Shown here: one piece after another, positions 21,486-31,873 of the stretch
How positions within the stretch are numbered: the first letter of the stretch is position 1
Layout of the letters: each line of letters begins with the position of its first letter
NCBI GenBank assembly: GCA_037230945.1
Contig: JAXUUT010000104.1
Location: 26,504 to 90,503 of the forward strand
DNA: 64,000 nt
Origin: a bacterium
Lineage (GTDB): Bacteria > Desulfobacterota > Desulfovibrionia > Desulfovibrionales > Desulfovibrionaceae
Direction of reading: 5' to 3'
Position numbers and translations under genes: made by a program
Notes under the pieces: generated by a model
Seen by the model: only the letters and a program-made list of their open reading frames with translations
Told to the model about the DNA's origin: nothing
The model's database searches: none

Positions 21486-22418
21486 TCAGCCCCTTTTTCG
21501 CCATTCTTCGAGGTTCACCCACGTCAGTTCATGCTTGTTGCATGAAAGATGCATGACGCAGGAGCCCGGAATGTCCCGGAAGGCCTGCACGACATCATGA
21601 TCGGTGCGGCCCTGAAGCTTGAGCGTGCAGACGAAGTTCGCCGCGGCATCGGTCTTCAGCCATTCCTTTACGGCGCCGAGAAGACGGGCGGGATAGCAGG
21701 CCATGTCCGAAAAAAGCCAGTCCACTCTTCCCGCCGTCTGCGGCTCCAGACCGAAGCCGCTGCCGAGGCAGTGATCGACGCCGGGCATGGCCGCCACCTT
21801 CGGATCTATGGGCGACTTGTCTATGCTGAACACCCGCGCGCCCATGCCGGCAATGACCCAGGTCCAGCCTCCGGGCGCGGAACCGAGATCCAGGCAGAGC
21901 TCTCCGGGACGGGGCCCGCGACCGAGCAGCGTAAAGGTTTCCCAGAGCTTGAGATAGGCGCGGCTCGGCGGATTGACCTTGTCTTCCTCGAAGCGGACCT
22001 CCCCGTCGGGAAAGGCGGAGGAACACGCGGCGGACACGAGCAGGGTATCGTGATCCCACAGCGTCCATGAACCGAGCGGAGAAGAGGGAACGCTCTCACC
22101 GAAGCGAAGCGGTCTCGCCTTCACCGGCGGAAGCTGCTGCTCAATGAGCGCTGCCCTGCGGTGAAAGTCCACGGCATGAAGCTTCCAGTTTCTCTGAATG
22201 GACTTGAGCGTGCGCACCGCGTTGCCCACGGAGGCGACAGGCTGAAAAAAGGGCTCGAGCCAGATGTTCTGCGCCCATGCGGAACGAAACAGACCCTCGG
22301 CCAGAACAAGCCGCTCCTTCACCTCGAGCACGCGCACGCCGTGAAGCTTCAGCTCGTCCACGAGATCCGCTTCAAAGCCCCGTGCCGCCAGATAAACGAT
22401 GAGAGGCCTACTTGACAT
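21486..22418 (-). CDS. rlmM: FtsJ-like SAM-dependent RNA methyltransferase, RlmM-like
   Basis: N-terminal THUMP-like region (LAARGFEADLVDEL). SAM-binding motif CLDLGSAPGGWTWV and DMACYPARL, as in 23S rRNA C2498 2'-O-methyltransferases. The exact substrate is not proven. Confidence 0.65.
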   Translation of the reverse strand: MSSRPLIVYLAARGFEADLVDELKLHGVRVLEVKERLVLAEGLFRSAWAQNIWLEPFFQPVASVGNAVRTLKSIQRNWKLHAVDFHRRAALIEQQLPPVKARPLRFGESVPSSPLGSWTLWDHDTLLVSAACSSAFPDGEVRFEEDKVNPPSRAYLKLWETFTLLGRGPRPGELCLDLGSAPGGWTWVIAGMGARVFSIDKSPIDPKVAAMPGVDHCLGSGFGLEPQTAGRVDWLFSDMACYPARLLGAVKEWLKTDAAANFVCTLKLQGRTDHDVVQAFRDIPGSCVMHLSCNKHELTWVNLEEWRKRG

Positions 22419-24057
22419 TGGGGAACAGCTCCGCCGCCATTTCGCGCAGCTTGAACTTCTGCACCTTGCCGTTGGCCGTCTTGGGAAAGTCGTCCACCAC
22501 GGCGACGTAGCGGGGAATCTTGTGCCAGGCCACGCGGCCGCGGCAAAAATCGCGCACGTCTTCCGGCTTCACTGTTCTTCCCTCGCGGGGAATGAGAAAG
22601 GCCGCCACGTCCTCGCCGTAGCGACGGGAGGGAATGCCGAGCACCTGCACGTCTCGCACGGAATCCATTTCAAGCAGGAACTCTTCAATTTCGCGGGGAT
22701 AAATGTTTTCGCCGCCGCGCACTATCATGTCCTTGATGCGTCCGGTGATGCGAAGATACCCCTCGGCGTCCATGACGCCGAGATCGCCGGTATGCAGCCA
22801 GCCCTCGGCGTCTATGGTTTCCGCCGTGGCCTCGGGCATGTTGAAGTAGCCCTTCATCACGTTGTAGCCGCGGCAGCAGATTTCGCCCTGCACGCCGCGG
22901 GCGACCGTCTCATGAGTCACCGGATCGCGGAGCTTCACTTCCACGCCTTCCAGCACGCTGCCCACGGAGCGGCAGCGATGCTCGTCGCTCTCCTCAATGC
23001 CGGTCATGGTGATGACCGGAGAACACTCGGTAAGGCCGTAGGGAATGACCACGGCATCAAGCCCCATGGATTCCATGACCTGACGGATGAGAGGCTCGGG
23101 ACAGACCGAACCGCTCATCAGGGCAAAGCGCAGGCTCGAGAAGTCGTACTGACTGAAGCGGCGATGCCCCAGCATGGAAATGTAGGTGGAAGGCACGCCG
23201 TACACGCCGGTGCACTTTTCATCCTGTATGGCGGCCATGACCCGCTCAGGCGAAAAGGTTTCCGTAATGACCATGGTCGAGCCGTGGCTCACGCAGGCCA
23301 GAACGCCCACCACGCAGCCGAGGCAGTGGAAGAGCGGCAGCGGAATGATGACGCGATCCTCTTCCGTGAGACGCTCGCGTTCCCCCACGCTGAAGCCGTT
23401 GTTGCCTATGCCCACGTGCGTGAGCATGACGCCCTTGGGAAAACCCGTGGTGCCCGAGGTGTACTGCATGTTGACCACGTCATAGGGGCCGACCAGACGC
23501 TTGCGGGCCTCGTACTCGGCTTCGGACACTTCTCCGGCCTTCTCCAGAATGGCGGAAATGGGCAGCACGCCGGGATGCGGAATGTCCTTGAGACTCATGA
23601 CCCGGCGAAGATGGGGGAACTTCTCGCAGTGAAGCTCGCCCTCGTGCTGATCCTTCAGATTGGGAATGACGCGATAGAGCGCCGAAACGTAGTCATAGTC
23701 GAGAAAGCCGTCGATGCAGAAGAAGTTTTCGCATTCCGACTGACGGATGAGATATTCAAGCTCGCTGTCGCGATAGTTGGTGTTCACCGCAAGGAGCGTG
23801 GCTCCTATGCGGGCGGCGGCAAACATGAGCGTCACCCAGTTGGGCACGTTGGTGGCCCACAGGGCGATTTTTTCTCCGGGCTGCACGCCCAGCGCCATCA
23901 GGCCTCGTCCCAGCCTGTCCACAGTGTCGGCAAACTCGCTCCAGGTCTGCCGGTAATCGTGTCCCACGTAAACAAGGGCCTCACGATCAGGAAAGCGCCC
24001 TACGGTTTCATCAAGCATCTGACCGAGGGTGCGTTCCTGCAACTTAAATTCTGACAT
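22408..24057 (-). CDS. AMP-forming acyl-CoA synthetase / fatty-acid-CoA ligase
   Basis: AMP-binding motifs YTSGTTGFPKGV, GWLHTGDLG and KTANGKVQKF. The start MSEFKLQERT is at 24057. Confidence 0.88.
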   Translation of the reverse strand: MSEFKLQERTLGQMLDETVGRFPDREALVYVGHDYRQTWSEFADTVDRLGRGLMALGVQPGEKIALWATNVPNWVTLMFAAARIGATLLAVNTNYRDSELEYLIRQSECENFFCIDGFLDYDYVSALYRVIPNLKDQHEGELHCEKFPHLRRVMSLKDIPHPGVLPISAILEKAGEVSEAEYEARKRLVGPYDVVNMQYTSGTTGFPKGVMLTHVGIGNNGFSVGERERLTEEDRVIIPLPLFHCLGCVVGVLACVSHGSTMVITETFSPERVMAAIQDEKCTGVYGVPSTYISMLGHRRFSQYDFSSLRFALMSGSVCPEPLIRQVMESMGLDAVVIPYGLTECSPVITMTGIEESDEHRCRSVGSVLEGVEVKLRDPVTHETVARGVQGEICCRGYNVMKGYFNMPEATAETIDAEGWLHTGDLGVMDAEGYLRITGRIKDMIVRGGENIYPREIEEFLLEMDSVRDVQVLGIPSRRYGEDVAAFLIPREGRTVKPEDVRDFCRGRVAWHKIPRYVAVVDDFPKTANGKVQKFKLREMAAELFPNVK

Positions 24058-24346
24058 ATTCCGTTCCTTTACATCAGTGCGCGGAAAAACCGGGGCCATC
24101 GGCCGAACGCCGGAAGGGCCGCGTCATGGGAGCAGACCTCGACATGGAGGTTCCCCGGCAGGAGCTGCCGTTTCCGCCGATCCACAGGAAAATACGGCGA
24201 AAAAACCTCTCGCGGCAGCGTCCGAGGCGGTTATCTTATGGCATCCCGCGGGCTTTCTCAAGGAGAAAAGCGCTCCCTTCCCCGTGGGAAAAGGCGGCGC
24301 TTTTCTTTGGAGAACTTGGCGGCTATAGTCGCACGCGGAGGACCAC

Positions 24347-26815
24347 ATGACGGCAAGGCATATCTACATTGTGACCGGGCAGGTGCAGGGCGTGGGCTTC
24401 AGGCCCTTTGTCTACAGGGAAGCCGCAAGACTGGGACTGACGGGCTTTGTGGGCAACACGCCCGAGGGCGTGCGCATAGAGGTGCAGGGCGAAGAAGACG
24501 CGCTTGAAATGTTCTCCGCCTTTCCGGAGCGCGTGCCGCCGCTGGCCCGCATCGCCTCGCTGGAAAGGCGCGAATCCTCCATTGTTGCGGATGAGAAGGA
24601 CTTCGTCATTCATGCCAGTCACGGCGGCGACCATCACGGGCACAGCGTGCTCGTGAGTCCCGACGTGGCTCCCTGCGACGACTGCCTGGCCGACATGGCC
24701 GATCCCGGCAACCGCCGCTTCGGCTACGCCTTCACCAACTGCACGAACTGCGGGCCGCGCTACACCATCACGCGTTCCATCCCCTACGACAGGCCGGTGA
24801 CGAGCATGGCCTGCTTTCCCATGTGTCCCCCCTGCGAGAAGGAATATCACGACCCTGCGGACAGACGCTTTCACGCCCAGCCCAACGCCTGCCCCACCTG
24901 CGGCCCCATGCTCTGGCTGGAAGGAAAAAAAGAAGCGATCGCCGAAGCTCTGTCCGACGCCCCGCATATTCCCGCCATGCTGAACGGCAGGAATGAATAC
25001 AAGCCGATGCATGAAGAACGCAGAAAGCGCTACGGCCTGCCGAATGACGCCGTCATGGGCAACGCCGCCGTTCTCGTGCTTCTTGCCGCGCTGCGCAGAG
25101 GATGCATCGCGGCCGTACGCGGACTCGGCGGATTCCACCTCGTATGCGACGCCCGAAACGAACGCGCCGTAGCGGAACTTCGCCGCCGCAAGGCGCGTCC
25201 GCACAAGGCCCTTGCCGTCATGGTGGCGGACATCGAACACGCGCGACGCCTTGCCGTCGTGAGCAGGGATGCGGAAGAAAAGCTTCTCTCGCCGAGACGC
25301 CCCATCGTCATCTGTCCCCGCAGAACGGAACCCTCGGAAGACGTTTCCCCGCTTCCCCCGATTCTCGCCCCGGACACCGCGAGCATCGGCCTCATGCTGC
25401 CGTCAACGCCGCTTCATCATCTGCTCTTTCACCCGGAATGGACGGGCGGAGACAAAAAAGACGCCCTGCCGGCCCTCGTCATGACGTCGGGGAACCCGCA
25501 CGGCGCGCCCATCTGTCTCGGCAACCGTGAAGCGAAGACGCGTCTTGCGGACATGGCCGACCTCTTTCTTTTCCACGACCGGGACATTCTCGTGCGCGTG
25601 GACGATTCCGTGCTCTTCCCGGCCGGGGACGGTGATGCCTCCGAACCGGCCGCTCCCACGCTCATGGTGCGCCGGGCGCGCGGCTTCGTTCCCGAGCCCG
25701 TGCTTCTGCCCGATCGCCCTTTTCTTTCCCCGGGAGATTCGGTGTTCGCCGCCGGGGCGGAGCTCAAGCACACCTTCTGCATCACGCGCGGAAACGAAGC
25801 CTTTCTGAGCCAGCACGCGGGCGACGTGAGCAGACCTGAGAACCTCGCGTTCTTTGAGGAAACGCTGCATCACCTGCTCGGACTTCTGGAGGTGGAACCC
25901 TCTCTCGTGGTGCGCGACCTGCACCCCGACTATCTTTCCAGCCGCCTTGCCGACGACTTCGCCGGACAGCGCGGACTTCAGGAACTGACACTCCAGCACC
26001 ATGCTGCGCACGTGTGCGCCGTCATGGCGGAGCACCGTGTGGTCACCCCCGTGCTCGGCCTCGCACTGGACGGCTCGGGCCTCGGCGACGACGACACCAT
26101 ATGGGGCGGGGAACTGCTGCTCGTTCAGCCCGGCTTCTGGCAGAGGCTCGGGCGCTTCTCCCCCTTCGCACTGCCGGGAGGCGAATCCGCCATACGCTCA
26201 CCGTGGCGCACCGCGCAGGGGCTGTGGCGCAAGGCCGGACTTTCCGACGCGGCGCTGCCGTGGCTCACCGGTTCGCCGGAAAGGGAAAAGCTCGCGCCCA
26301 TGATGGACGAAATGCTCAAGCATGACATACGCTGCCCGAAGACCTCAAGCTGCGGCCGTCTTTTCGACGCCGTCGCCGCCCTCGCCGGTCTGTGCTTCGA
26401 CATCACCTACGAAGGACAGGCCGCCATTCGTCTGGAAGAAGCGCAGGACAAAACAGAGCAGGGAGCCTACCATCTTCCTGTCCTGGAAAGGGACGGGCTG
26501 CTCGAAGCCGACGTGGCCGCGTTTTTTGCCGAGGCCGCACGGGACAGAAACGCACCCGCCATCCTCGCGCGCCGCTTCCACCGCGGCCTTGCCGCAGGCC
26601 TTGCCCGCTGGGCGCGCATGGCGGCGGACGTATGCGGCGTCACCACCGTCGCGCTCTGCGGCGGCGTGTTCAACAACCGCACGCTCCTTGCAGAACTGCC
26701 CGTCGAGCTCCGCGCTCTCGGTCTCACGCCGCTCATCCCCTCCCGCATCCCTTCCGGCGACGGCGGCATCGCCCTCGGTCAGGCTCTCTGGGGCGACTGG
26801 TTCCTCGGCGCGTAA
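24347..26815 (+). CDS. hypF: [NiFe]-hydrogenase maturation carbamoyltransferase
   Basis: Acylphosphatase domain (VTGQVQGVGFRPFVY), two zinc-finger pairs (CDDC..CTNCGPRY, CPPC..CPTCGP), then YrdC-like and Kae1-like domains. 822 aa. Confidence 0.93.
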   Translation: MTARHIYIVTGQVQGVGFRPFVYREAARLGLTGFVGNTPEGVRIEVQGEEDALEMFSAFPERVPPLARIASLERRESSIVADEKDFVIHASHGGDHHGHSVLVSPDVAPCDDCLADMADPGNRRFGYAFTNCTNCGPRYTITRSIPYDRPVTSMACFPMCPPCEKEYHDPADRRFHAQPNACPTCGPMLWLEGKKEAIAEALSDAPHIPAMLNGRNEYKPMHEERRKRYGLPNDAVMGNAAVLVLLAALRRGCIAAVRGLGGFHLVCDARNERAVAELRRRKARPHKALAVMVADIEHARRLAVVSRDAEEKLLSPRRPIVICPRRTEPSEDVSPLPPILAPDTASIGLMLPSTPLHHLLFHPEWTGGDKKDALPALVMTSGNPHGAPICLGNREAKTRLADMADLFLFHDRDILVRVDDSVLFPAGDGDASEPAAPTLMVRRARGFVPEPVLLPDRPFLSPGDSVFAAGAELKHTFCITRGNEAFLSQHAGDVSRPENLAFFEETLHHLLGLLEVEPSLVVRDLHPDYLSSRLADDFAGQRGLQELTLQHHAAHVCAVMAEHRVVTPVLGLALDGSGLGDDDTIWGGELLLVQPGFWQRLGRFSPFALPGGESAIRSPWRTAQGLWRKAGLSDAALPWLTGSPEREKLAPMMDEMLKHDIRCPKTSSCGRLFDAVAALAGLCFDITYEGQAAIRLEEAQDKTEQGAYHLPVLERDGLLEADVAAFFAEAARDRNAPAILARRFHRGLAAGLARWARMAADVCGVTTVALCGGVFNNRTLLAELPVELRALGLTPLIPSRIPSGDGGIALGQALWGDWFLGA

Positions 26816-27194
26816 AAATCGCCGTCGGCACGCCAAAGAAGCCCCGGGCCTTTTGAAAGAAGGCCGCCTTTTCCCGCGGCTCACGCCCCCTCCGAACAAA
26901 GGGAACGATGAACAGAAAAACGAGCAGATACGACGGTCCCGCAAGACAGCGCCCGGCAGACCATCATCACGAAAGACCCGGGCGCCTGCCCTTTCCGCCC
27001 GTCATCCTCAGCGCCGCAAAAAAAAACGTTCCGCTCACGCTTTTTCCTCCTGCCCGGCCCGCCCTGCACGCACATCGTCCGCCCGTCCCGACGACGACCG
27101 GAAGAACCTTGCGCTTTTCATGCCTTCATCCCGTCGCCGCGCCCTTTCGCCCACAAAATTCTCAGCGCCGCTTTTCTTTGCCCGCCAACGCTTC

Positions 27195-27223
27195 TTGACT
27201 ATATGAAGATAAACGGATATATT
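27195..27223 (+). promoter_or_regulatory. Sigma-70-type promoter upstream of sahR
   Basis: TTGACT (27195-27200), a 17-nt spacer, then TATATT (27218-27223), set in an AT-rich patch about 40 nt upstream of the ATG. Confidence 0.55.
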
Positions 27224-27263
27224 GTATCGATAAAACTTGATATTTGTTATATTTCAAAAAGTT

Positions 27264-28205
27264 ATGAAAGCTCTTCGGTATCTCAAGGCCCTTTCTGATG
27301 AAACGCGTCTGCGTCTGGCGCTGGTGCTTTTCCACTATGAGCTGTCCGTCAACGAGCTGGTTTCGCTTCTCAACATGGGGCAGTCGCGCATATCGCGGCA
27401 TCTCAAGATTCTTACGGAAGCGGGCCTGCTGCATTCCCGGAGGGACGGCCTGTGGGTGTTCTACTCTGCCGAGACGGAAGGCCCGGGACACGATTTTCTG
27501 AGCAGCGTCGTCACGTTCGCGCAGGATGACGAAGCCTGCCGAGCCGACCTCGACATGGCCTCCCGCATCATTGAGGAAAGAACGCTCAAGACACGGCAGT
27601 TCTTCAATGAGATCGCCGACGACTGGGACGAGATGAACCGGGAAATTCTCGGCGACTTCTCCCTGCCCGACGTGATCCTGCACGCCGTGCCGGAAAACTG
27701 CGGCGTGGCCGCCGATCTCGGCTGCGGCACGGGCGAGGTGCTCGAGCATCTGCGCGGCGCCTGCCGGGAGCTCATAGGCGTGGACGATTCGCCGCGCATG
27801 CTGGAGCTGGCCCGCCGCCGCTTCGGCGAGAACATGAACGGCATTTCCCTGCGCATAGGAGAGCTCGACTATCTTCCCCTGCGCGACGGCGAAGCGGATT
27901 TCATCTGCATCAACCTCGTGCTGCATCATCTTTCCCGTCCTTCCGCCTCGCTGGGAGAAATCGCCCGGGTGCTGCATCCCGGAGGCCTCGTGCTTGTCAC
28001 GGACTTTGATCAGCACAGTCAGGAATCCATGCGCACCATGTACGGAGACCGCTGGCTCGGCTTCACCCTCGACGAGCTTTCTTCCGCACTGACCAGAACG
28101 GGACTCACCATCGTGGACTACCGTCGTCAGCCGGTAAAGAAGGATCTGGCTCTGCATCTCATTCTGGCCCGCAAGGGGACAAACGCGTCTTCCGCCGGGC
28201 TGTGA
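27264..28205 (+). CDS. sahR: ArsR-family HTH fused to a class I SAM-methyltransferase-like domain (SahR-type regulator)
   Basis: N-terminal ArsR/SmtB HTH ([16 protein letters not shown]...[22 protein letters not shown]). The C-terminal domain has a SAM-binding motif ([12 protein letters not shown]). The gene lies immediately upstream of ahcY, the arrangement described for SahR in Desulfovibrio-type genomes. Confidence 0.75.
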   Translation: MKALRYLKALSDETRLRLALVLFHYELSVNELVSLLNMGQSRISRHLKILTEAGLLHSRRDGLWVFYSAETEGPGHDFLSSVVTFAQDDEACRADLDMASRIIEERTLKTRQFFNEIADDWDEMNREILGDFSLPDVILHAVPENCGVAADLGCGTGEVLEHLRGACRELIGVDDSPRMLELARRRFGENMNGISLRIGELDYLPLRDGEADFICINLVLHHLSRPSASLGEIARVLHPGGLVLVTDFDQHSQESMRTMYGDRWLGFTLDELSSALTRTGLTIVDYRRQPVKKDLALHLILARKGTNASSAGL

Positions 28206-28234
28206 CCCTTTTTCAACCTCTATCTGGAGCAATC

Positions 28235-29659
28235 ATGTCCGCCAAGAATCTTGATCTGTCCCTCGACTACAAAGTCGCCGACATCTCTCTTGCCGACTTC
28301 GGCAAAAAGGAAATTCAGCTTTCCGAGCGCGAAATGCCCGGTCTCATGGAGCTCATGCACCGTTACGGCGACAAGAAGCCTCTGAAGGGCCTGAAGATCA
28401 GCGGCTCCCTGCACATGACCATTCAGACGGCCATGCTCATCCGCACCCTCTACGAACTCGGCGCAGACATCCGCTGGGCTTCCTGCAACATCTTTTCCAC
28501 GCAGGATCATGCCGCCGCAGCCATTGCCGAACAGGGCATGGCCAAGGTGTTCGCCTGGAAGGGCGAATCGCTGGAAGACTACTGGTGGTGCACGGAAATG
28601 GCCCTCACCTGGCCCGACGGCTCCGGCCCCGACCTCATCGTGGACGACGGCGGCGACGCCACGCTGCTCATCCACAAGGGCGTGGAGGCTGAAAACGATC
28701 CCTCCGTGCTGAACCGCGAGCCTTCCTGCAAGGAAGAGGGCATCATCATGGAACGCCTCGCCCTTTCCCTCACGTACGACCCCTACCGCTGGCACCGCGT
28801 GGCCGCCGCCGTCCGCGGCGTGTCCGAGGAAACCACCACCGGCGTGCATCGTCTCTATCAGATGGAAAAGGAAGGAAAGCTTCTCTTCCCGGCCATCAAC
28901 GTGAACGACTCCGTCACCAAGTCCAAGTTCGACAATCTCTACGGCTGCCGTGAATCGCTGGCCGACGGCATCAAGCGCGCCACCGACATCATGGTGGCCG
29001 GCAAGGTCGTGGTCATCTGCGGCTACGGCGACGTGGGCAAGGGCTGCGCCGCCTCCATGCGCGGCTTCGGCGCCCGCGTGCTCGTCACGGAAATCGACCC
29101 CATCTGCGCCCTTCAGGCCGCCATGGAAGGCTATCAGGTGGTCACCATGGAAGACGCCCTTCCCTATGGCGACATCTACGTCACCTGCACCGGCAACTGC
29201 GACGTCATTACCGGCGAACACATGATGGGCATGAAGGATGAAGCCATCGTGTGCAACATCGGTCACTTCGACAGCGAAATTCAGATGTCCTGGCTGGAAT
29301 CCAATCCCGAATGCCGCAAGATGGAAATCAAGCCGCAGGTGGACAAGTGGTTCCTGCCTTCCGGCCGTTCCATCATCGTGCTTGCCGAAGGCCGCCTCGT
29401 GAACCTCGGCTGCGCCACGGGTCATGCGAGCTTCGTCATGTCCAATTCCTTCACCAATCAGGTGCTCGCTCAGATGGACCTTGCGGCGAACAAGCACGAA
29501 GCGCGCGTGTATACGCTGCCCAAGAAGCTCGATGAGGAAGTAGCGCGCCTCCATCTCGCCCGCCTCGGCGCCAAGCTCTCCACCCTCACCCAGAAGCAGG
29601 CCGACTACATCGGCGTTCCCGTGGACGGTCCCTTCAAGAACGACATGTACCGCTACTAA
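28235..29659 (+). CDS. ahcY: Adenosylhomocysteinase
   Basis: 474 aa with [37 protein letters not shown], the NAD-binding motif [10 protein letters not shown] and GHFDSEI. Confidence 0.95.
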   Translation: MSAKNLDLSLDYKVADISLADFGKKEIQLSEREMPGLMELMHRYGDKKPLKGLKISGSLHMTIQTAMLIRTLYELGADIRWASCNIFSTQDHAAAAIAEQGMAKVFAWKGESLEDYWWCTEMALTWPDGSGPDLIVDDGGDATLLIHKGVEAENDPSVLNREPSCKEEGIIMERLALSLTYDPYRWHRVAAAVRGVSEETTTGVHRLYQMEKEGKLLFPAINVNDSVTKSKFDNLYGCRESLADGIKRATDIMVAGKVVVICGYGDVGKGCAASMRGFGARVLVTEIDPICALQAAMEGYQVVTMEDALPYGDIYVTCTGNCDVITGEHMMGMKDEAIVCNIGHFDSEIQMSWLESNPECRKMEIKPQVDKWFLPSGRSIIVLAEGRLVNLGCATGHASFVMSNSFTNQVLAQMDLAANKHEARVYTLPKKLDEEVARLHLARLGAKLSTLTQKQADYIGVPVDGPFKNDMYRY

Positions 29660-29704
29660 GCCCCGTCCGGTTCCGCCTCCGGCAGAGCTGAGACAGGCAT
29701 GAAG

Positions 29705-29742
29705 AAAGGGCTTCCGCCGCTGGCGGAAGCCCTTTCTCTTTT
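29705..29742. terminator. Bidirectional terminator between ahcY and the pyridoxal kinase gene
   Basis: 14-bp stem AAAGGGCTTCCGCC / GGCGGAAGCCCTTT, followed by CTCTTTT. Confidence 0.8.
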
Positions 29743-29767
29743 CTGACTTCACGACTGAAAAAACGCG

Positions 29768-30634
29768 CTAGAACTCCGTGTAGCTTCCCCCGGTGAAGGG
29801 CATCCTGAGCGAGGGAAGCGTTCTTTCCAGAAGCACGCCGTCGCGGTGCGGCGTGTCGTAGCCGTAGGTGGCCTGAATGCCGAGATAAACGAAGTGCACG
29901 GCCCGGTCCACGGCCACGGGAAGGGAATCTCCGAGAAGGAGGCTGCCCGTGAGCACGCTTGCAAAAGCGTCGCCCGTGCCGGGATAAAAGGCGTTCAGAT
30001 GCGGCACTTCCACCTGCCAGAACCGGCGTCCGTCGAACGCCACGGTGGCCGTTCCCCCGGCAAAGGACGCGGGCGCACTGGTGATGACCACGGCCGACGG
30101 CCCCATGGCCGCCAGAGCGCGGAGCTCGTCGCGCAGCGCCTCGCGGCTGATGTCGGCACGGTACGGCTCTCCCAGCAGAAACGCCGCTTCCGTAAGATTC
30201 GGCGTGATGATGTCGGCCTGACGCACGAGGCTGCGCATGGCCTCCACCATTTCCGGCGTCTGCGTGGGATCGAGCGTTCCGTTGTCGCCGAGCACGGGAT
30301 CGACCACGGCAATGCCTCCCGGCGCGCGGAATTCCCGTATGCAGCGCCTTGCCAGCTCCGACTGATCCGGGCTTCCCAGAAATCCCGAGTAGACGGCGTC
30401 GAACTTCAGGCCCATGCGCGCCCAGTGATCCATCATGGGCCCCATCTGATCGGTGAGATCGAGAAAGGTGAAGTCGTCCACGCCCGAAGTCTGCGAGGAA
30501 AGCACGGCCGTGGGCAGCGGACAGACCTGTATGCCCATGGTAGCCAGAATGGGAATGGCCACGGTGAGAGAGGCCCGGCCGAAACCGGAAAGATCGTGTA
30601 TGGCCGCAACGCGGAGAACGGGAACGCCCTGCAT
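29768..30634 (-). CDS. Pyridoxal/pyridoxamine kinase family (ribokinase fold)
   Basis: VAAIHDLSGFGRASLTVAIPIL N-terminus and C-terminal GTGDAFASVL anion-hole motif. The start MQGVPVLRV is at 30634. Confidence 0.75.
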   Translation of the reverse strand: MQGVPVLRVAAIHDLSGFGRASLTVAIPILATMGIQVCPLPTAVLSSQTSGVDDFTFLDLTDQMGPMMDHWARMGLKFDAVYSGFLGSPDQSELARRCIREFRAPGGIAVVDPVLGDNGTLDPTQTPEMVEAMRSLVRQADIITPNLTEAAFLLGEPYRADISREALRDELRALAAMGPSAVVITSAPASFAGGTATVAFDGRRFWQVEVPHLNAFYPGTGDAFASVLTGSLLLGDSLPVAVDRAVHFVYLGIQATYGYDTPHRDGVLLERTLPSLRMPFTGGSYTEF

Positions 30635-30870
30635 GACTGCTCCTTCGCCGCCAAGGCGGCTGAACTTGTGGGCGAAGTCTAAGCGCAAACGTCCGTTTTG
30701 TCATCCGCAAGGGACTGCAAGCGCCCGAAAAAGCTCAAAAGTCCCGAAAGGCGCGTTTTTCCGGCGAAAACCCCTTTTTAATGCTTGCCCGGAAGCATGA
30801 GTCGGCATACACATAGACCTTGCCGCGCCCCTTCCGGGGGGAGGCTTTCTTTGCGCCCTGCGCTTCCGAC

Positions 30871-30899
30871 TTGACGGGAACAGCAAGGCGCGCTATACC
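30871..30899 (+). promoter_or_regulatory. Sigma-70-type promoter upstream of rpmH
   Basis: TTGACG (30871-30876), a 17-nt spacer, then TATACC (30894-30899), about 35 nt upstream of the rpmH ATG. Confidence 0.45.
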
Positions 30900-30934
30900 C
30901 GAATGTTCCAATCTCAGTAAGGAGACCGCGCGTC

Positions 30935-31069
30935 ATGAAAAGAACGTATCAGCCCAGCAAGATCAGCAGAAAGCGTACTCACGGCTTCCGCGCCCGCATG
31001 AGCACCCCCAACGGTCGTGCCGTCATCAGCCGCCGTCGTGCCAAGGGCCGCAAGACCCTGTCCGCCTAG
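30935..31069 (+). CDS. rpmH: 50S ribosomal protein L34
   Basis: Absent from the ORF track because it is shorter than 60 aa. It translates to [44 protein letters not shown], with an AAGGAG SD upstream. Confidence 0.95.
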   Translation: MKRTYQPSKISRKRTHGFRARMSTPNGRAVISRRRAKGRKTLSA

Positions 31070-31190
31070 TCAAAGCGGTGCGCTTCCCGGTTGCTTTCCT
31101 CGGGGAAAGTCCGGGCAGACCATGCAAATGTTTCGGGCGCGGCGTTCCGCCACGCCCACATTTTGCGTTTAAATTCTGTCAAAGCGCAGC

Positions 31191-31601
31191 ATGGATTGCC
31201 TTTCCATGTCACTGACCTGGCCCAGAGAACGACGCATCACCCGCCGGGCGGAATATACCGCCTGCTACAGCGGGGGAGAACGCCTGTTCACCAAATACTT
31301 TGTTGTGTTCGCCCGTAGTTCCGGCACGGCCGGAGCCGGGCGTCTCGGGCTTGCTGTCACAAAAAAATGCGGCAATGCCGTTGCCAGGAACCGCATCAAG
31401 CGCGTTCTTCGCTCCTTCTTCCGCCTGCATCAGAATGAAATGCCCGCCATGGACATTGTCGTCACGCCCAAGAAGCATCTGCGTGCCGACAAGTTCAGTC
31501 TCTGCCTTGCGGAAGCCGAACTTCTGCCCCTGCTTGCCGAACTTTCCCCGGCCGCAGACGCAGGGCCCGACGCTTCCACGCCCTCGGGAGACGCGGCATG
31601 A
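31191..31601 (+). CDS. rnpA: Ribonuclease P protein component
   Basis: [12 protein letters not shown]... and [17 protein letters not shown], in the position after rpmH. The start is ambiguous between ATG 31191 and ATG 31206. Confidence 0.85.
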   Translation: MDCLSMSLTWPRERRITRRAEYTACYSGGERLFTKYFVVFARSSGTAGAGRLGLAVTKKCGNAVARNRIKRVLRSFFRLHQNEMPAMDIVVTPKKHLRADKFSLCLAEAELLPLLAELSPAADAGPDASTPSGDAA

Positions 31602-31873
31602 CTCTCGCCCAGCGGCTTCTCATTCTGCCCATCCGGTTCTACAAGCGTTGCATCTCGCCGCTTTATCCTCCCTGCTGCCGCTTCTATCCCTCCTGTTCCA
31701 CCTACGCCATCCAGGCCATAGAAATCCACGGCCCCGTCAAGGGACTGTGGCTGGCCGTCAGGCGCATCCTGCGCTGCCATCCCGGCAACCCGGGTGGCTT
31801 CGATCCTGTGCCCCCTCTCTCAAACGATCATCCCTCTGCGCACGACGCAGACTCTCAGGAACGTCATGGATAA
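31598..31873 (+). CDS. yidD: Membrane protein insertion efficiency factor
   Basis: [48 protein letters not shown]. It overlaps the rnpA stop and the yidC start. Confidence 0.9.
   Translation: MTLAQRLLILPIRFYKRCISPLYPPCCRFYPSCSTYAIQAIEIHGPVKGLWLAVRRILRCHPGNPGGFDPVPPLSNDHPSAHDADSQERHG

Noticed and set aside
24264-24306. Terminator-like hairpin (AGAAAAGCGC ... GCGCTTTTCT) in the divergent acyl-CoA synthetase / hypF intergenic region
   Set aside because: No upstream gene on either strand would need it as a terminator. The loop is long and imperfect. It could be a leader structure, but nothing else supports a function.
26816-27194. About 380-nt ORF-free spacer between hypF and sahR, checked for small genes, repeats or in-frame TGA (selenoprotein) candidates
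   Set aside because: It contains only short Arg/Pro-rich frames, and I recognised no SECIS-like hairpin following a TGA in a coding-like frame. I treat it as ordinary intergenic DNA.
28206-28234. Possibility of an SAH or SAM riboswitch upstream of ahcY
   Set aside because: Only 29 nt separate the sahR stop from the ahcY start, too short for any known riboswitch. Regulation is more plausibly protein-based (SahR).
30635-30934. Possibility of a replication origin or DnaA-box cluster next to rpmH-rnpA-yidC
   Set aside because: I saw no TTATCCACA-like boxes or AT-rich unwinding element in this spacer, and dnaA/dnaN are not in the window.
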